Below are positions 52,422-64,000 of a stretch of DNA of 64,000 nucleotides, one piece after another. Within the stretch, counting starts at the first letter, position 1. The number at the start of each line of letters is the position of its first letter. This DNA comes from Eledone cirrhosa. Taxonomy: Eukaryota. The position numbers and the translations under genes are program-made. Below the pieces are notes generated by a model, which saw nothing but the letters and a program-made list of their open reading frames with translations, ran no database searches and had not been told where the DNA came from. Location of the stretch: NCBI GenBank assembly GCA_964016885.1, contig OZ024741.1:166408001-166472000 (forward strand), in the 5' to 3' direction.

Positions 52422-53025
52422 GGGCGGTGGATTGAGAGTATCGGCAAAGAGTCGGACACCATGCTTTTCAGCATCGAGTTACGGCCCTTTATTATCTGAG
52501 TTCAAACCCCGCCGAGGTTAACTTTGCCTTTCATCCTTACGGGGTCGATAAAATAAAGTACCAGTAACGTACTGGGGTCGATTTAATAGACTTTCCCTTC
52601 CCCAAATTTACTGGCCTTGTGCCTATACTAGAAATCATTCAGTATCGGTAGAGGGTTGGACGCCATGCTTTCCAGTATAGTTACGTCCCTTTACAGTCTG
52701 AGTTCAAATCCCGCCGAGGTTGACTTTGCCTTTCATCCTTACGGGGTCCATAAAATAAAGTACCAGTAATGTACTGGGTAATTACTGGCCTTGTGCCTAA
52801 AGTAGAAACAATTATTATTATTATATGCTTAGGACGGTGGATTGGCAGTATCGGTAGAGGGTCGGACGCCATGCTTTGACGCATAGAGTTACGGCCCTTG
52901 CCATTCTGAATTCAAAGCCCCCCGAAGTTAACTTTGTCTTTCATCCTTACGGGGTCGATAAAATAAAGTACCAGTAATGCACTGGGTAATTTGCTGGCCT
53001 TGTGCCAAAAGTAGAAACAGTTATT
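52422..53025 (+). mobile_element. Three head-to-tail SINE A copies
   Basis: Copies at ~52422-52638, 52641-52815 and 52832-53025. Confidence 0.9.
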
Positions 53026-53713
53026 ATTATATGCTTACTCGCTACTTAAAATGTGTATACTTTAACTCTTGTATGACAGTATTTCTCTGCATAAGTATCG
53101 ACATATCTGCGTTTATTTGTATGTTGTATATGTGTGTGTATATATATGAGTATATATATATACATATATATATATGCATATATGAGTATATATATGATTT
53201 ATATATTTGCCTGTGTATTATTATATATGAGTATGTGTAAATACGTATGTATATGTGAGTGAGCGTATGCGGGTATATATGCTATGTGGAAGATTATTAT
53301 GTATGTGTGTACTTTTGTATGTATTTGTGTAGGTGTGTATATGTGTATGTATATATATATGTGTGTGTGTGTGTGTATGTATATATATGTGTAGTGTACA
53401 TATGTGTTTATGTAAAAGTAAATTTTCATCCCTTAGTTTTTTTTTGGGGGGGGGGGCGGAGGGGTCTTTATTCTATCTCATTACTTTTTTTCATTGCTAA
53501 TTTTTAAAATTATTATTATTTTATCATTTTTTAATGACTTATTTCCCCCTATTTCTGTCTCTCCAAATTATATCTTTTCTACCTCTTCTTAGTCCAGTTG
53601 CCTTTTATTCACAGCACAGTAGAAATATTTTTACTGCAAGGTGCGATAAACATACCTCGTACTTTGAAATGTTTTTGAAATTTTTCTGAAGAAATGCAAT
53701 ATTTAATATATTG

Positions 53714-53897
53714 TTTCTACTTTAGGCACAAGGCCAGCAATTACCCAGTGCATTACTGGTACTTTATTTTATCGACCCCGTAAGGATGAAAGGCAAAGTC
53801 AACCTCGGCGGGATTTGAACTCAGATCGTAAAGGGACGTAACTATACTGGAAAGCATGGCGTCCGACCCTCTACTGATACTGCCAATCCACCGCCCT
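53714..53897 (-). mobile_element. SINE A with 19-bp target-site duplication
   Basis: TGCAATATTTAATATATTG at 53695-53713 and 53898-53916. Confidence 0.92.
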
Positions 53898-54277
53898 TGC
53901 AATATTTAATATATTGCTAGTGAATGGGCAATAATAATAATATTATTATTATACAACCAGCATTATGTAGACTTATATTGTATTGAAACATATGTTAAAG
54001 AACAAACTTTTGATAAAATTATTCACTTTTTCTATACTTCACGCCTAGTGTTTGTTTTTCCTAAATATTTAAAAATATTATTAATCCCTGATCTTCCACC
54101 TGGATACTACGATCTGACCCCTCTTATTGCACTGTTACTGTAACCTACAAGGACCATGTTGAGAAAATACTTTGGTAAGTAATCTTACTTGTTTTATTTT
54201 TGTTTGTACACTTATCTACACAAACAAACTTTACGCATGATGATTTCTCAAGAATGAAACATTATATATATTAAATG

Positions 54278-54461
54278 TGCGGTGGATTGGCAGTATCAGT
54301 AGAGGGTCGAACGCCATGCTTTCCAGCATAGTTACGTCCCTTTACGATCTGAGCTCAAATCCCGCCGAGGTGGACTTTGCCTTTCATCCTTACGGGGTCG
54401 ATAAAATAAAGTACCAGTAATGCACTGGGTAATTTGTGGCCTTGTGCCTAAAGTAGAAACA
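54278..54461 (+). mobile_element. SINE A with ~16-bp target-site duplication
   Basis: ATTATATATATTAAAT at 54261-54276 and 54462-54477. Confidence 0.9.
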
Positions 54462-54591
54462 ATTATATATATTAAATATTTATACTCTGCTTTGAATTGA
54501 GTACCTTACTTACTGTGGTTACCCCCGATCGAATCCGGGATAAACTTATATATATATATATTCTTTTACTATATACATACACACACATATG

Positions 54592-54760
<169 letters not shown>

Positions 54761-55352
54761 ATGAGTACCCAATACCGAAGTAGAGTTTAAATATGCTTTA
54801 TTGTAGCTAAGTCTTGTTACTCTGGAATTTCACTGATCCTGTGAGTACACAGTTAAAATTCCCTAGTAACAAGACGTGTGATTTAACCATAATAAAGTAT
54901 ATATATATATATATATATATTCAATTTTCGTTTCTGAATTTGTTTAACAAGATTCTTTATCTGAAAACGTGTGCTGAAACCGATATTGTTATGCTTTGGG
55001 AGGGTCATGTTGCCAATAAGAAACACTCGCACCATTTGCTTTCACTTCAATTTATTATAAATAAAATTTATAAATTTAAGAATTTATAAATTTCCGGTTG
55101 GTTGGTTGGTTCCACAACCGGACGGTTGTTTATATATTGTCAAAGTTCGTTCGTCACACATTCTGTGACCTCTTCAGTGACTGGCAATTCTTTTCTTTGT
55201 TTTTGTGCCTCTCCTTTGTTCTGTCCTATGCCATCTTGTTTTTGTGTGTGTTGTGTCACACAAACACACATATATATATTAAATTTATTTAACATATATA
55301 TGTGTGTGTTTGTGTGTGTGTGTGTGTGATAAATTCATATACTGGTCATCTG

Positions 55353-55383
<31 letters not shown>

Positions 55384-55533
55384 TTATTTTTTTATTTTTT
55401 TATTTAATATATATGTGTATATGTGTGAGCGTGTGTATGTGTGTGTGTATTTGTGTGTCTGTGTGTGCGTGTGTGTGTGATAAATTAATATACTGGCCAT
55501 CTACACATGAATACGCATACATACATACATACA

Positions 55534-56138
55534 TGGTGGCTGCCAACTCGTTTTCGAGTACGGCCACTACTTTATATCCATGTAGGAGAACCCCTACCGA
55601 TGCGCTGAACGAGTGTGACTTTTTAGTCCAGCCAGCAACTTCAAAACTCTGGTACAAACACTACACTTGTGACAATTATTGACACATAGTGCTGGGCCCA
55701 TGGTACCATGTGACGAAAGTGCAGAGAGATCTCCAGATATAAAGCAATGCCTGTGCCGTAAAGCTTTTATAGTGAGCAAAGGCACTGTACAAAGCCAGTC
55801 CCACTCTCTTAACCAAGATGATATTTACCAAAAAGAAGAACAAGTCAACATCATTGGATACCATCAGGGTTTCAGGTGTTATATCAGAGTTTTCCTTCTC
55901 CTAGAATTCTGCCTTGACAAAGGCTAAGGGGTCATCTCTCCCGGTGATTTTGGATGGCCATTGACTCTTAAGAGCTCCTTTGCCCTTTGACAGGTTTTGT
56001 TTTTAGTCCTGCAGAATGTCCAAAGTCACCCTCCTCACCAAGAAACCTTGGTGGGGGTTGCCAGTTTAGTCGCCAACGACCCGACCATGGGACAGGTTGT
56101 ACTGGGATACATGTTACCAGTAGCACCAACTGGTGACC
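55534..56138 (-). mobile_element. Non-autonomous RTE-derived element, copy 4
   Basis: Reverse-complement match to copy 1; (CATA)n flanks. Confidence 0.75.
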
Positions 56139-56632
56139 ATACATACATACATATATACTTACATACAAGAACATACATATACAAGCAATGGTATTTACAA
56201 TGATATAACCATTATTTAACTTCGTATGTACCAATTGTATTAAACGAAGCCTAGGCATACATTTTCATCCATGTGTATATTATATTTCTTCCATCTTACA
56301 TGCTCTTAACCGTTGCTGAATAATTAGTTAAGCAACAGTTGTAAATGATGTGAATGAGCTCAGGATTTGATTAACGAAGCAGAGAGTTATTCAATAAAAT
56401 ATCAAAGCTGGAATTTATTCAATAAAATAGATTTCTATTGAATAGAAAAATATGTCTTCGTGAACAAGTGAGAAAGAATTAAAAACAAAATCTGTTAGAG
56501 ACTTTCAACTGGGCGGAAATAAAGTTAACGCTATTTTAATACGATTAGTTTTGTATATTTGAAAGACTAGCTTTAATATAATGTTAAATGGCATATGACT
56601 TTCCATGGATTACGTACATATAAGTGATATAA

Positions 56633-56719
<87 letters not shown>

Positions 56720-56720
56720 A

Positions 56721-59700
56721 TAAGTATTGAAGTTTCCGTTGAATATAGTATCTATGTGTTCTAGGGAAATGTTTATCTGAGAGCTCTAGGAATGTTTTGC
56801 CTTCATTAGTTTTAACTGCTAGAGAGTGTGAACCAGATTATTTTTCTTTTCCTATTATTATGTTTAAAAGAGTTAGTATTGTTTGGTATGTACTTAATCG
56901 GTTCGCTAAATCCGCTATTTTGAAGGGCTTTATTATAGTAGGGGATGCCTTATTGAAAATAGCTTCTGAGGAAGAGAGGTTGGAGATCCTACGGCTAATA
57001 TTAGGGATAAGGTTTTTAAAAACTATAGGAGGATGGCAAGAGCCTTTATTTATATATTTTAAATTTTCATTAGGTTTATGGTATGGTTTATAAGAAGCAG
57101 TAGGCAGATCTAGGTTTATATCTAGAAAATTAACATTGGGAAGGTTAGTGTCAATAGTAATTTTAAGATTAAAACTAGCGAAGGTTTTTATTAAGTCTTT
57201 CCTTAATCTATCTAAGTTATGGCCTATGGTAGTATGGGAAAGTACTAGACCATCGTCGCGATAAAGCCCAAAAATATGGTTAGGGAATTTCTCTTTAAAT
57301 GTGTGTAGGAGGAATAGGCCGACTAAATCACAAACATCAGCACTGTGAAAAGAACCCATTGAGACATCGAATGGATTCTCTGGGTTAGATATTTTTACCC
57401 AAGTGTCATTATCAGTAAAGAGTAGAGTGTTTCTAGCAAGATGACATTCTCTTCAATATCAGAAATATTGGTAAACTTTCTAGTGAAATTTAAGGCTTTC
57501 GCTAAAATAGTCTGAGTGATAGACGGGTAGAAATCTACAATGTCAAATTGGGTGAATCTAGAACTATTTTTATTTTTAATATTATTAAACCAATGTACTA
57601 CGGAAGAGCTATTTATCCATTGGAGTAATTTAGACTTACTTCTAATCTGTGTGTTTATATTATTTAAAAAATTTTTTGCTGGCAGGACCGATATCAGTCT
57701 TAGCAGGGTTGATTAATCTACAACTAGGACGATTAATAAAGTCAGGTTTGTGATCTTTAAGGGTGATATATACATTACGTTTAGCAAGTTTTTCTGTCCT
57801 ATTATCTATTTTTAAAGAAGTAGCTAATTCTTTAGCTTCCTTTTTTATATTATTATACGTGTTTATATTAGCTATTTGGTATTTAGAGGTGATGTTATCT
57901 ATTAAGAGTTGGTCATGTAAATTATCATTAACTTCGTATAAGTTTTTAGTTTTGTCGGAGAAAATGAACTTATTTTTAGAAGATTTGAATATTGAAATAT
58001 CATTAGATAATTTAGATTGAAAGGGGTTAGAGTACTTACGAAAATTGATATTGTTGATTAGATTAACTAAGTCTAGTTCAAAGGCGGTCATATCTTTTAC
58101 TCTTTGCGGGTATTTATGAGTTTTTATATCAAAATGTTCCGTAGAGTCCGTGTTAAAGTGTCCATCGAGAATCAAAGCTTTCCATCTCATTCTTTTAACA
58201 ACTTTCTCTACTTTGTCTATCAGCATTTTCGTGTAGGAAGTGTTAGAAGCTGTAGGGATATTCTTGATAGAGTAATCCAAAGGATATTTATCCATGTTCA
58301 GTATTGGTTTAAAATCCTATTGACTGAAGAGTGCTCGACTTTAAAAGGGCTGGAAGGTGCCAATCTCATAAAAATGTAGAATATGCACGATCATTCCCTT
58401 GGGAGCTGTATAAGTATTGAAGTTTCCGTTGAAAATTGAAAAAGTCATAGGAGTGAAGAGTGCTCTATGTAAGTACCAGAGCAACATTTAATGTATAATA
58501 AACAATACAATATAATTACCTCATTACCAGATGTTTCCCGAATAAGACGAATACGAAAAACGTCCTCATTCGTTCGTTGGACAAGGCAATTTAAAACATA
58601 GTGAAATATTTGAAAAGTCTCCTCAATAAATGCAAGAGTGTAACGGGCAAAAAATATATAAATAAAAGTAATGTAAGAGATATATAAAAAAATAAGGAAA
58701 TATAGTTAGGGTATGTGTATAAGTATGTATATACACTCACAAATGTACATATGTGTGTATGTACAAATGCATGTGTATGGTGAAAATGTGTGCGTAAGTA
58801 CACATATGAGGGCAAGTATATTTGTGTATATGTGACCACAAATACGTATATAATATGAGTTGAAAAAGGAAATTGTAAGATAATATAGCTAATACACATC
58901 CAGATACAGGTATTAAATACACATACGAGTATGAAAGCACGCGTATAAACACACACACACGCGCGGTCACTTATATGCGGAAGATAAAGAGGGAAGGGAC
59001 TGTAATAGTAAAAAGAAATGTCATTCTCGATATATGTATAAAAATGAAACAATATATGAGAATGAAAAAAAATGTTTAATCAAAGAGAAAGTAATCAATT
59101 AACACCAGAGAAAAGAAAATAAACATAGGTACGCACATACGCACACATATATATATATAAAATATTTATACACACAAATACGTACAGACAAAAGCGCATG
59201 CATGCGTACATACATACACACGAGGCACGTATATATATATATATCGCCACATGTATATCTAATCACACGTACGTACGCGACTATATATGTATATACATAT
59301 ATACATACACACCCATACATACATATACATATACACACATATACATACACATACATTCACCCGCATACACACACACGTATAAATAAGTATGTAAAAAACA
59401 TAGATATAAAAAAAACATAGATATAAAAAACCTAGATATAAAAAAAGCATAGATATAAAAACACATACACACACATATATATACGTACGCACGCACACAT
59501 ACGGAGGCGTTCGTATACATATACAGAACGTATACACACATATGCACACTCACACGCATAAACCAGCCGTATTAATGAATGAGTACAAATATAAAATCGG
59601 CTGCGAAACAACAGAAAATATCTGGTGTGGAAAACGCAAGTGACAAGTTTTATCAGGTAGTGAAAGAAAATGGGGAAGTAAAATGTGGAATGTGAAGATA

Positions 59701-60010
59701 TTAGGTAAGCGAATCGAAAAGTAGGGGGGAGGGGTTACTGGTGGATGTGAAGTAAAAATAAAATTAAAAATAAAGTTAAAAATGAAAGTAAATCAGAAAG
59801 AGAAGTCTGTAAAGAGGATAATTTAAGGAAAGTGAAGAATAAGAGTTTATGGAGGATAAGTATCTGAAAGTGAGTTAAGTTTATGTGAGCTGGAAAGCAA
59901 GTGTGATTTCATGTGTGGGCAACTGGTGAAAATTTCTCTTTTTGTATTTAGGCAGGTTTTTGGTGATTTAAGGTTCTGTAAAATCCAATATTTTAGCTAA
60001 ACCTTGATTT
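56721..60010 (-). mobile_element. Penelope-like element, partial tandem: ORF C-terminus + long 3'UTR + pLTR + RT ORF
   Basis: ~59885-59965 encodes CLNTKREIFTSCPHMKSHLLS (PLE C-terminal motif). pLTR ~58411-58590 with a degenerate HHR. RT ORF follows. A 23-nt direct repeat TAAGTATTGAAGTTTCCGTTGAA occurs at 56721 and 58411. (TA)n on both sides. Confidence 0.85.
56745..58295 (-). pseudogene. Penelope-like reverse transcriptase, frameshifted and 3'-truncated
   Basis: Track ORFs 57660..58295 (ITLKDHK..CRLINP) and 56838..57359 (MGSFHSA..GLYRDDGL..NFLDI). The intervening frame has FDIVDFYPSI (RT motif A). Confidence 0.9.
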
Positions 60011-60046
60011 TATATATATATATTTATATATATATTTATATATATA

Positions 60047-60130
<84 letters not shown>

Positions 60131-60291
60131 CAAGGTTTAGCTAAACCTTGATTTTATATGTTCTGGCTCGTTAATTTATTAACCTGCCATAGAACTACAT
60201 TGGCATACGGTTGGATAACACTTGTATCCCTATATATATTTTTTACACGTAGGAACACATACTTTATCTATCTATCTATATATATATATAC

Positions 60292-60412
60292 ATACAATAT
60301 ATAGAGCGGAAAGACACAGAAGAGTGTGTTTTTCTTTACAGGAATTTGGTGGTTTGAAATTCCTGTAAAGAAAAACACACTCTTCTGTGTCTTTCCCCTC
60401 TATATATTGTAT
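60292..60412. repeat. 56-bp inverted repeat (one mismatch, 9-nt loop)
   Basis: Direct reading of arms 60292-60347 and 60357-60412. Confidence 0.9.
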
Positions 60413-61058
60413 TTTAAAGTTCCCAGGAAAACTCTTTCCTTTGAGCTCATTTAATTACAGGATTATACGCGAGTCCTTTGCTCCGTTATTTTACTATATA
60501 TATATATATATATATATATTGGTGGGGAATGGGCGATAGAATACTATTTGATAAGTAACGACGACAAAACTAGAGAAACACTGTTATGATGGTTTTATTA
60601 GGAGTGAAGCATTTGTAAATATGATTAGTACGAAATGGATTCTGTCATAAAAGCCATATGGAGTTTTAAAAGTGACAAATATTTCGATGGTTTCGAGACT
60701 GAAGCTCAGGTCTTTCCATGAATTCAGATGTACAACACGACCCCGAATAAATTCAGTTTTATCAACGGTACTATACAACGAACAATAAATACTAATGGAC
60801 ACTTTTAGAATGTCTATGTCACTTGGTAATGTGGATTTGACATGCACTATCCATTTACGTACTAATGTTTTCGGCTTTTCAGCGAAAGACGAAAATGTAA
60901 TATTTTATTACTAATAAATAAGAAATACATCATTTACTTTCATTAATGTTTTTTACGACAGGAATACACTAGTCATATCGTATTTAGCAAAGGGTCGAAA
61001 TATTTTTTTTCTCAAAAGTCAATATGCAATATTTGCTAAATTTATTTCTGGCAGAATG

Positions 61059-61173
<115 letters not shown>

Positions 61174-61184
61174 ACACACACACA

Positions 61185-61257
61185 CAGGGTGTCCTAAAAA
61201 ATGTATACACACTTCAACAGCATTCTAATAAATATTGCCTGTGCGAGACACCCTGTA
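61185..61257. mobile_element. Miniature (~70 bp) derivative of the same MITE
   Basis: CAGGGTGTC..AAAATGTATACACACTTCAACAGCATTCTAATA..GACACCCTG-TA. Confidence 0.6.
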
Positions 61258-61289
61258 TAATTTATGTATGTATATATATATATATATAT

Positions 61290-64000
61290 TAATTCAAAAT
61301 ATTAACAAAATAGATATTCTTGCGATCAAGTATATTTTATTATACATATTTCAGAGGTACTGAGTTAACTTCAACAGTACGGCCTCATCAGATAAAATTT
61401 GATGATGCATGACATACCCTGATATAGTAGATGGTTAAGATTCAGTCATGGTAGTGAGTAATATATGACAAAACTCAATATTTATATACCTTAATATTGA
61501 GAACATAAGAAAAATATATAATACATACAATAGAGAGGGTGTGTGTGAGACAGCTTAAAAAATAATTGGCATCAATATAACTGTTACATAATTTAAATTA
61601 CTGAAGAAAGAGGAAAGAAAAGAAAAGCATAGAGGAAGAAACAGATGAGGGGATAATATAGTTAGTAGGGGCCTAGAAAAACAAAGGAGAGTTGATTACA
61701 GAGAGAGAGATAAAGAGGAATAACTTATGTTCAAGTCTTTAGACAATTATCCATATATATACAACATATATCTAAACATATCTGGTTGACCGTTAATATT
61801 CAAAATATTTAATTTAAGTTAGTTCAGAGTAATGAATAATATTTTAGGTTTTAAAAGTTAATAGGTATCTGTATTAATATTAAAGTATACTATCAAATTT
61901 AATTTCTAAAATCAAATTTTATGAAATCAAATTTAAAGGATTTACAAACACGAGAAAGAAAACAATGTTTTTACAACCTCACGAAGGTAAACTTTACCAA
62001 ATTTATTATATAATATTGACAACAGTTTATATAATATAATTTAGAAAATAATTACAGTTATAATTTTTAAAGAATTTATGATTAACAATTTGAGTGCCTA
62101 AAGGATCAACAGGCTTTATAAATAAACTTAAAAAGGCCTGAATTTTAAATTACATATATGTTTTTATCAAAAAAGAATACACAAAGATTATATTGTCTAA
62201 AGACTTAAGATGATACCTTTCAAATATACAATATAGTAACTAAGTTACTGAAAATATTGTTAAAAATTAATGTTTAGATCAATTATTGTAAAAGGATCAT
62301 TTAATAGATATATACTATAAATATATAAGTCAAAACTTCATGAGTCCTAAGGATAAGGACTAGATACAAAATAAAAAGTGAAAAAATAATGAAATTTTTT
62401 TGCGAAACATAAAAATGCCCAATATTAAAAAATATGGTTTAAAATGCAAGAGGGTTTTATTATGAATGACCCTAAGGTAATCTAAATTTAATTAAAATAA
62501 AATAAATTAAATTAAATTAAGTAATAATCATTATATAATTTCGAACATTAAGGAAATATCTAACACTTATAACAATAGAGAGTCATTTGAGTATCTAAAT
62601 TACTTATAAATGTAACTACGAGCATGTTATTATACTAGATAAACATATTTGTTCAAATATATAGAGAGAGTATTATAGGTATTAGTGAAACGATATACAT
62701 ATAATAAATAAATAATTACAATCATTATTAGTAAAGTTATAATTGTAGTTTTACCTCCAGTTCAGTGGAAAGAGAGACCAATATTTGTTGACTAGTATGG
62801 TTTGTGATATTTATACGTAAATATATATTAAAAAATATATATGTGCAAATCTAACTTTCTGAGTCCCAAAACATACCCAAAATGAGTAAAATATATAAAT
62901 GCATGAATGATTTACGGTTCAATTATAACCGGTAATCTTACAAGTTATATATCCAAATTATATATTTAAAACAAAGACAAATATATATAAGGATCCGAAT
63001 CTAAATTATAAATATCTAAAATAATCCAAAGGTGTGCATATTCATCAAGAGAACAAGTTAGCAAATAATATGTTTATATACCTAAACAGGATCCTTCATT
63101 CTAACATTAATTCTATCATAAATGATTATAAAATAAAGTATTATTAAAGTTTTATAAACTGTTATAACGTTTTAGGTACAACAGTTGATAAGAGACGTCA
63201 AAAATTAAAACCTGTTTGTTTAGAGTTTTTTCCTGACTTTTTGCGAGGCTTGGAATGTAGACAAAGCTTTATGAAGGCAGTTTGAGAATAATTCACTTTT
63301 TTTGTTAATTAAGTTTTCATAAATAGTAATTATTAATATGGTCTCCTTAGTACAGAGGTTGCAGTTAGTTGATATAGACGAATTCGAGTAGATTCTACTA
63401 TTACAAAGCTTCGTCCAAAAAATCGAGTATTTTAAATTTTTGTCTTTTAATGACCATATAAGTTGTGATAAAGAAGTCGAAGACTTCCTATTAAGATTCG
63501 AAAACGAGCACTTGTGATTCGCAAATCTCGATTTAAATGTCGAAGAAGTTGCCCCTATGTAGTTGTATGTGATGTTTTACGGTGCATTTATACACCAAAT
63601 TTCTATCCAGACAATTATTTTGCAGAGGGCAATCTGGTTTATTTCTACAATTATATTTCGATTTATTATTATTTATATTATCACTATTATTAACACTATT
63701 ATGCTGATTTTGGTTTAGAATTCTACTATTTAGTTTAGCGATGTTTTGGGCCATATTCATAGTTGTAGAATAAGAAAGCTTAATTGTGTGTCTATTAAAT
63801 ATGGAACGGTATTTATGTTGTCTAGGGAAGGAATTATCTAAAGCCTTAAAGAATAGATTAGCTAGTGGTATTTTTATTTTTACTGCTACAGAAGGAAGCA
63901 GGGGGGGGGGGGGCAAACCATATAACTGATTTAGTTCTGGTTTTTTTCCTCGATTTATTCACAGTACAGGTGTTTGAATTATAATTTTTAGAATTTCGTT
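61290..64000 (-). mobile_element. Penelope-like element 3' part (GIY-YIG region, AT-rich 3'UTR, HHR-bearing pLTR)
   Basis: ORF 63533..63916 (FNRHTIKLSYS..CNCRNK-like..CPLQNNCL..VYKC). Downstream frame NCNLCTKE..LINKKSELFSNCLHK (~63260-63365). HHR at 61334-61398. Ends at (TA)n. Confidence 0.85.
61334..61398 (-). ncRNA. Type I minimal hammerhead ribozyme in PLE pLTR
   Basis: attttat-CTGATGA-ggccgtactg..cagtacctct-GAAA-tatgta-TA-ataaaat. Confidence 0.8.

Noticed and set aside
60584-60847. 87-aa ORF in unique sequence
   Set aside because: No recognisable motif or splice support.

Overview
AT-rich, repeat-saturated eukaryotic (intronic/intergenic) DNA. The SINE types, microsatellite density and LINE content look like an octopus or other coleoid cephalopod genome; this is inference from recognition, not a database result. 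I found no confidently identifiable host gene, and most ORFs in the track are microsatellite artefacts. Main content: (1) two distinct Tx1-clade (L1-like) non-LTR retrotransposons with uninterrupted APE-RT ORF2s, one full-length (27165-33010, +) and one 5'-truncated (9570-13770, -). Both sit inside (TATC)n microsatellites in the same orientation, which suggests a (GATA)n-targeting site-specific family. (2) Many Penelope-like element (PLE) remnants embedded in (TA)n, carrying at least 13 hammerhead ribozyme (HHR) motifs with intact cores plus several degenerate ones. Many have palindromic stem-III loops, and several show fold-back or permuted A'B'AB architectures. (3) Four copies of a ~0.6 kb non-autonomous RTE-derived element. 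(4) About 20 copies of one tRNA-derived SINE and several of a second, plus RTE and CR1 fragments, MITEs and tandem repeats. All alignments, folds and identity estimates were done by eye.
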